Assembly: GCF_001194135.2 (NCBI RefSeq)
Contig: NC_068990.1
Span: 88,015,399-88,079,398 of the forward strand
Reading direction: 5' to 3'
Source of the DNA: Octopus bimaculoides
Taxonomy: Eukaryota
DNA length: 64,000 bases
Shown here: positions 13,500 to 28,826 of the stretch, piece after piece
How positions within the stretch are numbered: the stretch's first letter is position 1
Layout of the letters: each line of letters begins with the position of its first letter
Notes under the pieces: model-generated
Databases searched by the model: none
What the model was told of the DNA's origin: nothing
The model's input: only the letters and a program-made list of their open reading frames with translations
Position numbers and translations under genes: made by a program

Positions 13500-13748
13500 N
13501 NNNNNNNNNNNNNNNNNNNNNNNNNNNNNNNNNNNNNNNNNNNNNNNNNNNNNNNNNNNNNNNNNNNNNNNNNNNNNNNNNNNNNNNNNNNNNNNNNNNN
13601 NNNNNNNNNNNNNNNNNNNNNNNNNNNNNNNNNNNNNNNNNNNNNNNNNNNNNNNNNNNNNNNNNNNNNNNNNNNNNNNNNNNNNNNNNNNNNNNNNNNN
13701 NNNNNNNNNNNNNNNNNNNNNNNNNNNNNNNNNNNNNNNNNNNNNNNN

Positions 13749-13807
<59 letters not shown>

Positions 13808-14039
13808 TACACACACACACATACACACACACAGATACACACATACGCATGCACAGACAGACAAACACTGGTAGCAGCAGCATTAAACACCAAACAGTGA
13901 CAGAAGTAACTGTAAATACCCACATCCACACAAAACCTCCAACCCTACCCAAGCGCCACTCAAAGACTGTTGCCAGTATAAGAACACAAGAATACTTAAA
14001 TACCATCTGTGTGTCTATTAGGTTTTATTAAGATAGACA

Positions 14040-14690
14040 AACAGATATTTCTAGATCTCTGTATCAATATCTCAAGAATGTTATTTTTCTATTTCTCTTC
14101 TCTCTTCTCCCACTCTCCTTCTCATTTGTCACTCTCTCACATATTATCACTCTCTCTTTTTTCTCACTATCATTTCTTTTCTGTTCTTTCTTTTCGTGTT
14201 ACTCTTTCTGTCTTGTATATTCTTTGTGCTTTCTTTTATTCTATCTTTCCTTCACCCTCTCTCTTTTTCTCTCTCTCTCTCTCTTTCTTTCATTCTCTAT
14301 ATCTCTCTCTTACTCTTGCTTCTTCCTCTCTGTCTCTTTTTCTCTCTCTCTCTCACTCTCACTCTCGCTCCTTTCTCTTTTTCCTTCTTCCTCTCCCTCT
14401 GTCTTCCTCTTATTCTTCTCTTCACTGTTATTCATTTTGTCTCTCAATTTTTCACACACTCTCTCATTCTACCTTCCCTCTCCCCACTCTATTCCACTTT
14501 CTCACTTTTACATTTACTTTCATTTTCTCTCTTGTCTTATTCTATCTCTTCCACACTTTGTTGCTCATTTAATTTTTTTTCCTTCACTTTCATTCTACCT
14601 CTTTTTCTTTTCAGTTATTCTCTCTCTCTTTCCCTTTCTGTATCCCTTTGTGCCTTTCTCTCTCACCCCCAACTCGTGTGTGTGCATGTG
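14040..14690. repeat. Polypyrimidine (CT-rich) low-complexity tract
   Basis: Direct inspection; one of many (CT)n, (CA)n, (TA)n, (CAT)n, (ATT)n, (GTA)n and (GATA)n tracts in the window. Confidence 0.85.
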
Positions 14691-15070
14691 TGTGCACACG
14701 TGTGTGTGTAATTAATTCTGTGCAACAAATGTAAAATTCCAGTTTAACAGTCAGAAGTGTTAAAGAAACACTTTGAAACATGTTACACTACACAAAACTA
14801 CAAACAACATTTATCTTAATATTTCACTAACTACAATATTTTACTTTGTCAAAATATTCAAAATTATATTGTCGGATGCAGTATCAGTATTTTCATCATC
14901 ATCAGCAGCAGCAGCAGCATCACTATTATCATAAAACCATCATCATAATTGCCATCAGCACTATCAGCATCATTATCATCATCACTGTCATCATCATCAT
15001 TACGGTAATGATTTTAAATTCTAGTCTAATGCTGTTCTTAAAGCCTAGGTTTAATCCCTGGTTAAGCAGA

Positions 15071-15074
15071 ACAA

Positions 15075-15130
<56 letters not shown>

Positions 15131-15306
15131 TCACTGCCTGGAATCGAACTCAGATTGGTAGCCCACGCTCTTGGGGTTAGTAGCCCATGCTCTTAACTAC
15201 TATGCCATATGCCGGTGGGTGTAGTGGTTAAGAGTGTGGGCTACTAACCCCAAGATTCCAAGTTCGATTCCAGGCAGTGACCTGAATAATAATAATAATA
15301 ATAATA
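15071..15306. repeat. Head-to-head inverted pair of short tRNA-like SINE units with (ATT)n/(AAT)n tails
   Basis: ttattcaggtcactgcctggaatcgaact...ggggttagtagccca.gctcttaac is mirrored by gttaagagtgtgggctactaacccc...agttcgattccaggcagtgacctgaataa. Confidence 0.85.
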
Positions 15307-17250
15307 ACATCGAAAAATACCTTAAGAATGAGAACCCAGGTTCAAAATGAAAGGTGAAGTCGACTTCAGCAGATTTTGAACTCAGAACGTAACGGCAGAC
15401 GAAATACCGCTAAGCATTTCGCCCGGTGTGCTAATGTTTCTGCCAGTTTGCCACCTTAATGCTTCTGTCTAGCTTCCATAATGTTTCCATGTTTCTGTCT
15501 AGTTTAACACAAAACTTTATTGCATAACGAGCTTCCAAATTGTCTTCACGTTCAGACTGCATCCTTCAAACTAGTCAGCAATGTTTGGAAGGTTATATTC
15601 AAAGTGCTATTATAGCTTTCTCCTTTGATCTGAAATAACTAAAGTTGACTGGTCAGCTTATTAGATGCATGGTAATCGTATACTAAAATTACAATAATTC
15701 AGGACTGTCATAACTGCCTCTCCTTAAAAGTCTCAAAACTTCTGGAATGCATTTCATACTAAGCTACCCACAATCACTAACAATTTTTCATTGTGACCAC
15801 ATATTCATAATATAGACAGAACTGAGTCTTATTTTGTGACTGTCAGCCACTCAGCATGCAAAAGCTGCCATGACTTGGATACTGGAATAGTGAAATGAAA
15901 AAAGGACTGGCCCAAAAACCCTTAGAACTGGCGTTTGGGGGTTAAACATTCCAGGAAAACATTGTATGCATAATGATCAGTTGAAAAGGCAATTGAATAT
16001 TACAACTGCTTGACCATGTGGGAGGAGCTTACTGCTTTATATGTCTCAAAATGGAGGAAGATGGAACTAAGTCTACATCTAAGTGTTTCAAAAGCTAGTC
16101 TGTTTCTTTGGGTCCAAATACTACTTCAGTTATGAAAAGTTGATAATCTGATGTGATACACAAATCTACCTCACCCCAGAGCAATGTTCACATATCTGAA
16201 ATATATCTTGGTTGGCGCAGCTGCTGCAATACATACAGATACTCTATATTATGTATAAATAATAAAAAATCATCCATCTGATTGACAAGCTTACACTCAG
16301 TAATGCTATGGAAGCACTACTTCACTAGAATGTGTATCTTTCTTCTATCTTTTCTACTGTTACTAAAATGGCCCATATTTCCCCTCAACTACCAAGCTGT
16401 GTCTCTGTATCTCAGTTAAAATATAAAAGAGAAAAAGAAACATTACTGAGACTATTTGTCTCCTTCCAAGAAATGCTTGCATTATCATTATAGGCTTATT
16501 ATCAGATGATTTTTTTTTTTCTCCTTGCTTCAAGACAACAGAGAAGAATGCTGCTTAAGTTGGTTTGATCTGATGTAAAGTGGGTGTTTCTGGTTCATAG
16601 TAAGTATTATACAGATAGCTAGAGAACTAACCTGCATTCTGTCAACTTCTGAGACCAAACTTCTCTATAGCACTTAACTGGATTAACTGTTTCCCATCTT
16701 AGATACCTAAAGCCATTTGGCTCGCCAAAGACAATGGTTACAATTGAAATTCAAACTAAATGTTTTTCCTTTAGGCGAGCTAGTAAAATTGACTATCAAA
16801 ATGGTTTAATGGTTAGAGTGAATATTGATAGCTTAGTTTGGTAACTTAAGTGCTTCATGGCTGTGTATTACAAATCAAACATTTTGCTGCTTCTTCATCT
16901 GGTTCTTATCCTTTTCCTTTTGTATTCTTCTGTCTTCTGACTTCACTCTTATGTATAATGTCTTCTTATCTCTTCTGCTGTATTCTTCCACTACAGTCAC
17001 ACAGCATCATCATCATCATCATCATCATTATTATTGTCATGGTGGTGGTAGTGGTGGTATTGGGATGGCAGAATCATTAGACATTGGGAAACAAAAATGC
17101 TTTACGGCATTCCTTCCAACTCTTTACATTGAGTTCCAATCCATCTGAGCTCAACTTTGCCTTGCATTCTTCAGGGATCAAGTATAGGGGTCAATGTAAG
17201 TAACTAATCCCCTTCCACTAAAATTGTTGGTTTATGCCAAAAGTTGAAAC

Positions 17251-17301
<51 letters not shown>

Positions 17302-19117
17302 TATCATCTTTTTTTCTCCTCCTTTTCTTTCTATCCAACACAAGCTGGTGACCACAAGCAAGTTATTCTTGACCAGAGGCACATTTCTCAGGGCACTTAA
17401 TCCTACCTACTCCCTGTCTCATTCACTTGTCAAGACAATAGCAAATAACCTGAGAAAGAGACAGACAGACAGACAGAGACAGAGTGCCAATTCATTTCAT
17501 ATTTTCTGGAGCAGATCATGAAGACATTTTCTTGTACACATTATCTTTTTACATTTCCAGATGCAACTGCTCATGAATTATTCAAAACTTAATTTAAATT
17601 TCAATGAATAATCTATGACAGATCAAAGAATTCACATTTTTAAAAAATATTTTTAACCTAAGAATCTCCATAGATAATGAAACCATGAAAGAGAGTGAAA
17701 GAAACAAATCACAGGTATCAACTAATGAGGTAAAAGAGAAAAAAGCAACAAGAACGCAAGCATAGTGCATGCTATTAGTTGACTGAGTTGGTTGACAACT
17801 CTCACTTGCATTGACTTCTTTGGTTATAATGAATACATAGTTTCTAGCATAAGAAAGGTGGGAAGGAGAAGATCAATGGCCCTCTGCAAAAGACAGATTG
17901 TTACGAAGTGATATGGAAGAAGTATGAGGCTATGTGGTAGTGAGATATAAGTGTTGAATGTAGAAAAGCTACTGAAAAGCTGGAGAGAAATTAGACTGTA
18001 ATATCTGTTGGGTATGTAATGTTATGCTACAAAGCACAAGTCAGTAGCGTGAGAGGGACGGATATTCAAGTTATCGTTAGACATAGTATGGTTAAGAAGT
18101 TTGCTACATATTCACAAGGTTCCAGGTTCAATCCCATTGTATGGCATCTTAGGCTAGCGCCTTTTTACTTTAGCATTGGGTCACATAAATTCTGTCTGAA
18201 GATTGCACTAAGGACTGTAGAATACTCAGTTACTTACACACTAATTGAGTGCTCACTGAATTAATGTGTAAGTAGTTGAGTTGATTAAACGACAAAATTC
18301 ATGATTGGCAATTTCGGTGGTTATTGTTTAACCCCAGGTCAGCCTTGACTATCTTGTCTTTTTCTATATTGAAACCTACATAGTATAGTGTGTTATTACT
18401 TTTATTGAGACAGTGTGATTTGTGGGTTATTTGGTTGCCATTTCTAGCTGATCTAATGACTGCATAGAGGCTTCTTTGTTAGCCCAAGATATCTGTGGGG
18501 CATGAACATATGATGTGCTTTTTGGTAGAAACTATCTGTGGAAGGGAAAACTTGGTGAGATCAGATCTCAGGATACTGGGCCTTGCATATATGATAACAA
18601 GAGACAGAGACAAGTAACAAACATGATGTACAGTAAACCTATCTGGTGTGGAAGAATTGACATTGATAGATTATTGATGACGAAGATGATGATGATAATG
18701 TGGTCTAGCAATGCTGCTTTTATTTATTTATTTTTTTACTTCACATAGCCTATGTACAGTTAAAGAAAAATGCTTTGTAGTGAGGAACTGTTGTAGTGAA
18801 AATGGTACTCCCCTTCCCATGTAAAAAAAGTGGTATGAACCAGCCACTATAAAGTCAGACAGTCAGTCATTGTAGGAAGTCAGTAGTAGTAGAATCATAC
18901 GAGTTCTCAGTTGGAGTCAGTGTCAGTTACGTGTTATATACAAGTTCGAATTACTATCAAAGTAGACATTTCAAGTCATTGTCTTGTGGAGCTATCAATG
19001 AAAGCCTGATAGATGAGTCAAAGATAATAAGACACAGAATACTGCCACAACATAAAAGTGGTGACAAGAATATTACAGTGCTGACAATAACATACAAGTA
19101 GACGAGGATCCACATTA

Positions 19118-19341
19118 CAGTAATCCCTCGCTATATTGTGGTTCACCTATCACAGTTTATTATTTAAGCTTACATCGATTCCTCCGTGCCCGTTGTTTTG
19201 CATTTATAATAAAAAGAATATATACAAATTATAAAAATAATTTTAAAAAATATACAGTGGAGTACTGTTTCTACTTCACAGATTTTCACCTAACACGGGA
19301 GGTTTTGGAACATAACACCTGCGATAGTCGAGGGATTACTG
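19118..19341. mobile_element. pogo/Tigger-type MITE (224 bp)
   Basis: TA|CAGTAATCCCTCGCTAT ... ATAGTCGAGGGATTACTG|TA: terminal inverted repeats with TA duplication. Confidence 0.85.
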
Positions 19342-21804
19342 TATAACAGAAATGAAATAGTATTATTGCCAGAAATATAGTACAATTGATTCCAAAGACC
19401 CAATCTTCAGTGATACAACTGTACTAATAATAGAGTCATAAACACCATAGATTTGGTGGTAACCTCTTGGTGGATCAAGTATTTGAGCTTTGATTCCCAG
19501 TTGTAGTTCTTTCTCAACAGATATTCCTATATATAGCAAGGCTATATCTATCTATGCAAAACCTAATAGAACAAACAGATGGTATTTCAATATTCTTGTA
19601 TTCTAACACTGGTTCCAACCTGTTTCCTGTCTGTGGGTATTTTGGGTATGTTGGGGCACAGTCAGCTATCTCTGACACTTATTGGCTTTTGCTGTTGTTG
19701 TTACTACTATTACAGCCGTCGATGCTGTTGATTTTATTTTTGTTGTTGCTGTTTTTGTTGTTATTCTTGATACTTTTGTTGTTTTTGTTCTTGCCAATTT
19801 TGTTGTTGTGGCTGCTGCTGGTGTTGTTGCCTGGTTCAAGGTAAACTTTGATCAAGCAGACCAATGGTCAAAGACATTTTGGCCTTAACTGTCTTTTCTT
19901 TTTGTTTTAGCATCATGTATCTCAGACTATATTATTCAGTGTATGTCTTTTTTTTAACATGTGATTTGAGAGATGTTTAACTGCTATTTCTAGCAGGTTA
20001 AGAAACAGCATAGAAGCTTCTATGTGTGATTGCTTTGTATATTCTTGCTGTTAATTTTATTGGTGTTGCTGTTCACCACATTCCCATGTCTTTGTCTGAG
20101 CCATGTTAAAATAATGAACTCAATGAACACACACACACCACAAAAATATATAAAAAATGCATTATTTTAACACGGTGCACAAACTTTTTCCTCAACCTAA
20201 TATTTGCAGTGCAGAGGTGAAAGTATGGTATATCTGGAACAATAAATTTGTGCCTTTGACTGGATGCCATCATAAGCCATTGAGGGAGCCTCTGTATGGC
20301 TGCTTTACCTGCTAGACATGGCTGCCAAATTTCCATTCAATCATTCTTTATTGTCTTAAAAAAAGAGAACATGCATTAGGTAAAGTAGTTCAAGATACTC
20401 CTAAAAAAAGACAGGATGGGCATAAATGGAAAACTGTTGTTATTGTTGTTTAACTCTTGGTCAACTCTGGCCTGTTCAATCAGGATTGACCTGAAGTTGA
20501 AGGACTGATAGAGAGAGATGACTGCCATAAATCTTACTCAGTCAGAGCTGGCTTAGGCTACAACAACAACAACAATAAAAATATCCCATTGATGTAAAGT
20601 ATTAAAAAATATTTTCTGTGATGGGGCAATAAATCTCAGCAAACTAAATCCCGATTTGGTTTTGATTCTTGTCGTCATCATCATCATCATTTAACATCTG
20701 TCTTCCATGTTAGCAGGGGTTGGATGGTTTGACAGGAGCTGATGAGTCAGAGAGCTCTATTCTCTTCTTTGGCATGGTTTCTATGGCTGGGTACCTTTCC
20801 AAACATTTTATGGAGTGTACTGGGTGCTTTTTACATGCTACCAGCACTGGTGTGTTTTATGTGGCATCAGTACTAGAACTTTTTATGTGGCACCAACACC
20901 AGCAGGGTTACTAAGTAACTTGAAAGACAAAGACGTCTCAGCTAAGAGAGGAAGTGGAATCATAGGGGGTGGCACTGTGCCAGGTGAGAGGTTAAAGTAT
21001 AATAGACGGATAGAGATAGATATCTTTCTACAGAGGAGATATTTGGCTACCCCAGTGGGAAGAGAAAGGAGAGGATGGAAGGTTAGAATCTGTGTGGTGT
21101 TAACGATGAGAATCCATTTAGTAAACCAAATGAATTGTTATTTGTACAATTGATTAGAAAACAGCCAAGTATTCCACAGTATTAATGCATTCCTAGGATC
21201 CAAATCAGCTAAAGAGAGTGTGACAAAACTGGACCTTTTGAAGTACAGGTACAATCTAAAGAGAAAGTGAAAGTGAAGAATAAACTCAGTACTTCATCAG
21301 TACTTTATTTGTCAACCCTGAAAAGATGAAAGGTTTTTGCCTTTCATAAAAGATAAAAGATAAAGTTGGAAAGCAGGATTTGAACTCAGAGCAGAGAGAG
21401 TCAGAATGTAAATTATTTGGCCAATTTGCTGCTTTGCATCAGTGATAATTTCAGGAAATCCACCCAATCACTGTCAATCTTCTCCCCTTCCAAAATCCTC
21501 AAGCTTCATTTCTATATCATTATATTATAAATTATTAGTTATACAACTGCATCATTTGAGACTTGCTCTTTATACTATATTTTTGGTCAATAATCTCAAT
21601 TATTGTCAGCCACTCCCTCCTAATTATTTTTTTTAACTGAAGTTTCAAGCAATTTCACTTCTAGACACAAGTTTTAAGTTTTGTAGATTAGAAACAAAAT
21701 CCCACCCCCCACCCCACCCTAGCAAGAATATGGTAAAGACATTGCAGGCAAGGGGTGTGAACTGCCCCAATCTACTTTGTCATATCAGAACTGAAATCTG
21801 TATA

Positions 21805-21854
<50 letters not shown>

Positions 21855-22225
21855 CTATCTATACTGCCTTTGTTTTAATTTTGGATAAACTTTTTTGTAG
21901 TTCTGTATTTCTATAATTCTATAGTTCTTAACTTTCTCTCTCTCTCTCGTCATATAATTCTATTATTCTGAGGTTTTGTAGTAGTGAAGTACCCTAGTTC
22001 TATAATTCTATATTTCTGTAGTATAGTGTTTGAAATCAGTGTGGTTTTAGTGACCAAACTAAAGAAGTGCCACAAATGGTAAACTAATCTTGCAGATATA
22101 TTATAGATTTTTAGGTAGACGTGTTCGTTCTTCAACGCTTGGTTGGCTTTCCTACAATTACCATTTTTTCTAATCAGTGACAGTGATGTTGGTTTGTTCA
22201 AAAATAGTTACAACTCATCATCTAC

Positions 22226-22278
<53 letters not shown>

Positions 22279-22668
22279 GCATACAAACATGCATTCTTAA
22301 CACATGCATCCACTTGCAGCTACTCAAAACTCTTTGCTTATAAAATGCATGACTTCTTGTCCACGTGATACTTAAAAACTATTATTACAGCAAGTATAAA
22401 TTTCTCTTGCCAGCATGTAAATGTCCCGTTTTAGAATCAGAGTTTCAGTGAAGACAGCACATGCTGCTTTTGGATTTAATGTGATAAAGTGTTGCTTGTT
22501 TGTTAGCATTTTGTTTTGTTACTGGTGGTTTTCTTTACTTTCATTATTATTATTATTATTATTCATCTCATGAAATATAATAATAGAAACCGAATGTGTT
22601 TCATCTAAACTTTTACTCTACATTGTTAGGCAAACTCTCATCTTTACATTTTGCTGCTCATCTTCAAT

Positions 22669-22728
<60 letters not shown>

Positions 22729-23432
22729 ATGTATATATTTTGATTGGCTAACAAGCAAAACTCTTAAAAGCTTTGATCTTGTTTTTACTTCTGCCAGAGC
22801 ATCGTGGATCTAAACTTGATGTAGAAGCAAGCTTGTAAACCATAGTCGAACAAATCTGGCCAACAACATTGTCTGTGCAGACTAGTCAGGAATTCTTGGC
22901 GATCTAACATTAGTCTATTTCTTCAGTCCTTCCAACAGATGTGATAATCCTATTCAATCAATACAGGTGAGGGGTAGATGAATCACCTGATATATTTTCC
23001 TAAGGTATCAGATGTTAGATAATATAAACATATTTCATTGACATAATTTCATCAACATTGTATTTTAGTGCTTTGTATTTTAGTTGTTTATTGTATTTTT
23101 TAAATCAACATCATCACTATCATCATTATCATTATTACCATCACCATCACCATCATCATCAATACAATCATTGTCATCATCGCCACTACCATCATCATCA
23201 TCATCATCACCAACACTTTCACCATTGTTGTGTCAATGATATTGTTAGATCTAGCTTCTTCTTCTTCATTTTAAAGAGAAGGGTGCTTTCTGAAGGAGGT
23301 ACAACACATGGTTGTGTCTCTGGTCATGACACTTCACTTTCAATAGAGCAGGGTGTAGTTGACAAGGGCTCAAACAAATATCATATGGCATTTTACCCGG
23401 CATACTAGCAATTCTACCAATTGATCACTCTC

Positions 23433-23483
<51 letters not shown>

Positions 23484-24147
23484 CCTTTCTATTAAAGGCA
23501 GAAGACCTAAACATTTGGTGGGTGGGGGATAGTCAATTACATCAACCCCAGAATTTGACTGGTGCTTATTTTATCAACCCTGAAAGGATGAAAGGCAAAT
23601 TTGGCCTTGGCAGAATTTGAACTCAGAGCATAAAGGCAGACAGAATGCTGAGCAACATTTCATCCAATGTTCTAACAGTTCTACCAAGCTCACCATCTTA
23701 ATAATAATAATAATAAATAATACCAACAATAACAATAACAACTTAAGTGCAGATTTTCTCCATCTTTATGCAGTATGCAACATCTCTGCTGTCCTGACTG
23801 GGTTAAACTAAAAACAGTTCATTAATAATCAATTCGGTAAATCCTTGGTGAGAAAAGGAAAAAGTTGCTTCTTCGGCAGTCATTAATAGCAAGAAATTAA
23901 CAGACTGCCAAAAGTCAAATCCATCATCACAGTTGGATAGAAGCATCTAAAATGTCCAGCTTCATATTTTTCACTCTTTCCTATTGCTCGTTGTCTGCAT
24001 TTCTTTATTTCTTTTTCACTGATCATCCTTTCACTTTCTCTGACCATCCCTCTCTCTCTCTCTCTCTCTCATTACTCTGTTGCCTCATGCACTCACGTAT
24101 ATATACATATATATATATGAACACACATGCATATGCAGACATGAACA

Positions 24148-24193
<46 letters not shown>

Positions 24194-24334
24194 NNNNNNN
24201 NNNNNNNNNNNNNNNNNNNNNNNNNNNNNNNNNNNNNNNNNNNNNNNNNNNNNNNNNNNNNNNNNNNNNNNNNNNNNNNNNNNNNNNNNNNNNNNNNNNN
24301 NNNNNNNNNNNNNNNNNNNNNNNNNNNNNNNNNN

Positions 24335-24395
<61 letters not shown>

Positions 24396-24518
24396 TGTTT
24401 TATTTTCTGCCTGCTCTTTTCTCTTTCTCTTTAACCAAATCTTATTCTTTTCTCTGCCATCTCTATCTACATGTATAATGTATATGTATGAATACATGTA
24501 CAGATAGATAGATAGATT

Positions 24519-24592
<74 letters not shown>

Positions 24593-25581
24593 CTGACAGA
24601 CATATACAGATGCATAGTTGTAACGAATCAAAAAGGAAGTACTCAATACCATAAAGTATTAATTTAATTTGAGTGGTTGAAATTAGCACTGGCCATTACT
24701 GATTGTTTCATTGTGTGGCAGCCATGCAATTAATGATAATGTGAAATGAAAGCAAGACTCATACTCTTTTCCATTTTCATACTGTTTGCTTTTATTTGAA
24801 GTTTATTCCAACATGGTGACCTGATGAACTACATGTCTTCCATGCAAAGAGACAAAATTAGCAGTTGTCAATGCTGATTTTCAGGTGACCAAATTCAATG
24901 AAGAAATGTGTGTGTGTATGTGTGTGTGTGTGTGTGTGTATGTGTGTGTGTGTGTGTGCATATGTGTGTGTGTGTGTGTGTGCGTGTAAGTATTCTTTTC
25001 TTTTACTTGTTCCAGTCATTTGACTGCAGCCATGCTGGAGCACTGCCTTGAAGGGTTGTTTTTCAGTCAAACAAATTGACCCCAGGACTTAATCCTCTAT
25101 ACCTGCTCAAGTTTAAACCTCTTGAGCACTACTAACTGTATTCTGCACAGAAAATATTTGGCTCTCATCTATGAACTATATATATATATATACGTATATA
25201 TATATATGNNNNNNNNNNNNNNNNNNNNNNNNNNNNNNNNNNNNNNNNNNNNNNNNNNNNNNNNNNNNNNNNNNNNNNNNNNNNNNNNNNNNNNNNNNNN
25301 NNNNNNNNNNNNNNNNNNNNNNNNNNNNNNNNNNNNNNNNNNNNNNNNNNNNNNNNNNNNNNNNNNNNNNNNNNNNNNNNNNNNNNNNNNNNNNNNNNNN
25401 NNNNNNNNNNNNNNNNNNNNNNNCCTTCAATAGATTTTTGCATTAGTTAAGGAAGGAAAAGCCAACTCTTTCCAAGTGTTTGTTGACAATGATAGTGGGA
25501 GTGGTGGAAGTGGAAGATGTAATGGTTCTGGCAGCAGCAGAAGTGCCAGTAATGGTGGTGGCAGCAGCAGCAAGGTTTTTG

Positions 25582-25638
<57 letters not shown>

Positions 25639-28329
25639 GAAGGTCTCTCTTGGTCAAGATTGACCATGGATCTGTGAATATATGCACAGTCTGGGCAACT
25701 GTTTTTTTGTGGAAGACAGACAGTTGTCATGTATGCAAGTTGCTCCTATCCACATCACTAATATTGCCCGAGGGAAAATCCATCACTTTAGAGCCATTAT
25801 AGTTTGGTACCAGTGCCGTCACAAACATTGCTGTCAGAAAACAAGGGACCAAAACAAATACCACAAGGCGTTTCATCAAATGTTCTAACAGTTCTGCCAA
25901 TCCACTTCCCTGATTCATACCTTTTTATCAACCCCAAAAGACTGAAGGGCAAAGTTGCCTCATCAGGATTTGAACTCAGGGTACTTAGAATAGGAACAAA
26001 TACCACAAATCATTCAATTCAACACTCTAATAACTTGACCAAGTCACTGCCTTATATATGAAATAAAAGTATCTGTGTGCATGTATTTAATGTATTTATG
26101 TTTGTGTATGAGTTTGTCAGTATCTACACACAGACGCAGAGACAAGCAAGGAAGAGCAAACTTTGAAATGAAACAAAATTATATATATGTGTGCATGTGT
26201 ATATATATGTATATATATATATATATAATCTGGTTTAATAAATAATACAAATCACTGGCAGACACATAAATAGCCAGTCTCATTACTAACAGATTTCACT
26301 GTTTCATTCCATCTTCAGTCTCAACTTTCACTGTCCTCCATGTCTACGACTGCATCTGATTGGGTTACTGGTTTTAACAGCTGTCTTTAATGAAGTATTT
26401 TAATTAATGAGTCATGAATCAATTAATTACAAAAAAAAATAAATAAACAAGAAACTGAGGAAATTTAAATCTCTGTTTAAGTGATAATGTCTTTAATAGG
26501 ACAGCTGTTTGATTTCACTAGCATCTCATAAAACACAACTTAATATGCAGTCTTGCACACTCACATGGAAATTCATTTATCACTATTACTACAGCAAAGA
26601 TGGTGAAGTTGATGCTTTGCTAATGAGCTCAGAATAATGCAGAAACATAGCTGAGATAGTTTCTTGTACATTCTAGAAAAATGAAAATAATATCAATCAT
26701 TGCTTACAATGTTTGTCCATTACTACATATTCATTTCATGTTAACATATATTTGATACTGCCTGTATTAAATATGTTAACATAACTTCACTATTGTTTTT
26801 TTATACAGATGGCATCTCTGAATAATTTGTTTCCTAAACAATCCTAGTTTTCTACCACAGCCGCCAAATGTACACTCTTGCACATGTCTATTGTGATTTA
26901 TTTAATTACGAGGAAGTATATACTCTGCTAATGAGGTCAGAATAATGTTGAAACACATCTAGAGTTGTCTCCCATATTTACCAGGAAAATGAAAATATTA
27001 TTATTGAAGACTATATTATCTAATTGTCCTTCTCATTTAAAAAAGACTGGATGTGATTTGAGAGACATTTGGCTGCTATTCCTAGCAGATAGCATGGTAA
27101 CTTTGAGATTCTCTGACTTTGTTTGTGTAACAGTGTGTGTGTGTGTGTCAGTATGTATCAGTGTGTGTGTTTGAATGCATGAAGAGGTATGTAGTATTCA
27201 TATATGTAGATACATTGAAACACCTACACACGTACATACATGTGTGTAAGTTGTTGGCAATATAAATTCAAAATTTTTTTATGTCCAGTGTTTAATTTCA
27301 TTGCTTTCTGATATTGGCTTTTCTTACATTTGTTTACACTACGTAAATCGATGCAAATCTTATTAATGCCATTGTCATCAAACTAAACGTGATATTTCTT
27401 ACAACTCTTTACATTCTGAGTTCAAATCCTGCAAAAATCAACTTTACTCTTCAACCCTCTAGAGTAGATGAAATAAATAAAAAAAGACCATCAGATATTA
27501 GGGTTGATATTATTTCATTAACCCCACCTCCTTTCAACATTACTGTGCTAATGCCTAAATTTGAAAATAATTATCATCATTATCCACACCCTCATTATTT
27601 TCAATTTCATCATCATAGCCATCAAAACTAGCATCATAACCTTCATTGTTACTAGCCTCTTTACAAACCATCAAAGCCATCATTGCCATCATCAGTTTAA
27701 TGTAAGGGAAACTTCAATGATAGGATATTAAAGAAATTGAAATTAAAAGAGAATAACACTCCAAAACAGGGGCTAACCTTGTATTGAATAATTACAATAC
27801 CTTCCCTTGTATTGGGCCAGTGATGGGGACTCTATGCCAAGTTTAGGGAACCTTTCTAGTACCAGGACCAAATTGTAAGTAAATAAGAATGATGGGAGTG
27901 GGAAATCCTCAATGAGTTAATTCACTGAAAATTTATTGTAAAGTCAACTCTGATCTAACAGACCAAGATTCAAAGGCAATAAATATAGCTATGACCATCA
28001 TCACAAGGGAATATTTTGAGTGATTGTCTTGTATTATTGTCTTATCATTTCATTCTCAGGTCTTAATTATTTAGCAGTCTTTCATAGATCAACAGTATTA
28101 CTAACACACACACACACACACTCTCTCTCTCTCTCTATTTATCTATCTATCTAACTATGTCCATTATAGTAATCTCCTATTCTGTCTCCCTCTATTCACT
28201 TCCTGCCTGTCCATTTCCTCTTTCTTTCAGCCTCTCATTCTCTCATTCTCTCATTCTCTCATTCTGTCCTTATTTCTAATTTTCGTTATTTCTTTTCTAC
28301 TTTCATTATTCTTTTTGGGCCATTGTCAT

Positions 28330-28690
28330 ACACACCTCTGTGTAAACAACAGAGCACACACAACACGCGCCACTGTAAACAACAGGAGATCTTCAACATG
28401 TTTGTGTTAACAAGAGGACGCACATAATACATGTCTTTGTGAACAACAGAACATGCACAGCACATGTCTGTGTAAATAAAACACACACAATGCATCTATG
28501 TAAACGACAGAACTTATACACACGCTGCATGTCTACATAAACAACAGAACATGTACAATACATTTGTGTAAACAGCAAAACATAGACTACTTCTGTGTAA
28601 ACAACAGGACACACTCACCATACATCTCTGTCAATAACAGAATGCCCATACAACACACATTTGTGTGTAAGAACCAGAACACACACTATT
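28330..28690. repeat. Degenerate ~30-33-bp minisatellite with core tgtaaacaacagaac
   Basis: About 10 imperfect units, visible by eye. Confidence 0.7.
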
Positions 28691-28784
28691 TATTATGTTA
28701 CTTATGTTCCAGCTGTTCCATATCTGATTGTTTTGTTGTCGTAATTTGAGAGTAACTTGATCTCTGTTGTGCCAATGTGGAAGC

Positions 28785-28826
<42 letters not shown>

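Noticed and set aside
26610-27030. Two diverged ~110-bp similar segments (gctaatgag.tcagaataatg...gaaaatgaaaata)
   Set aside because: Too degraded to assign; probably old repeat fragments.
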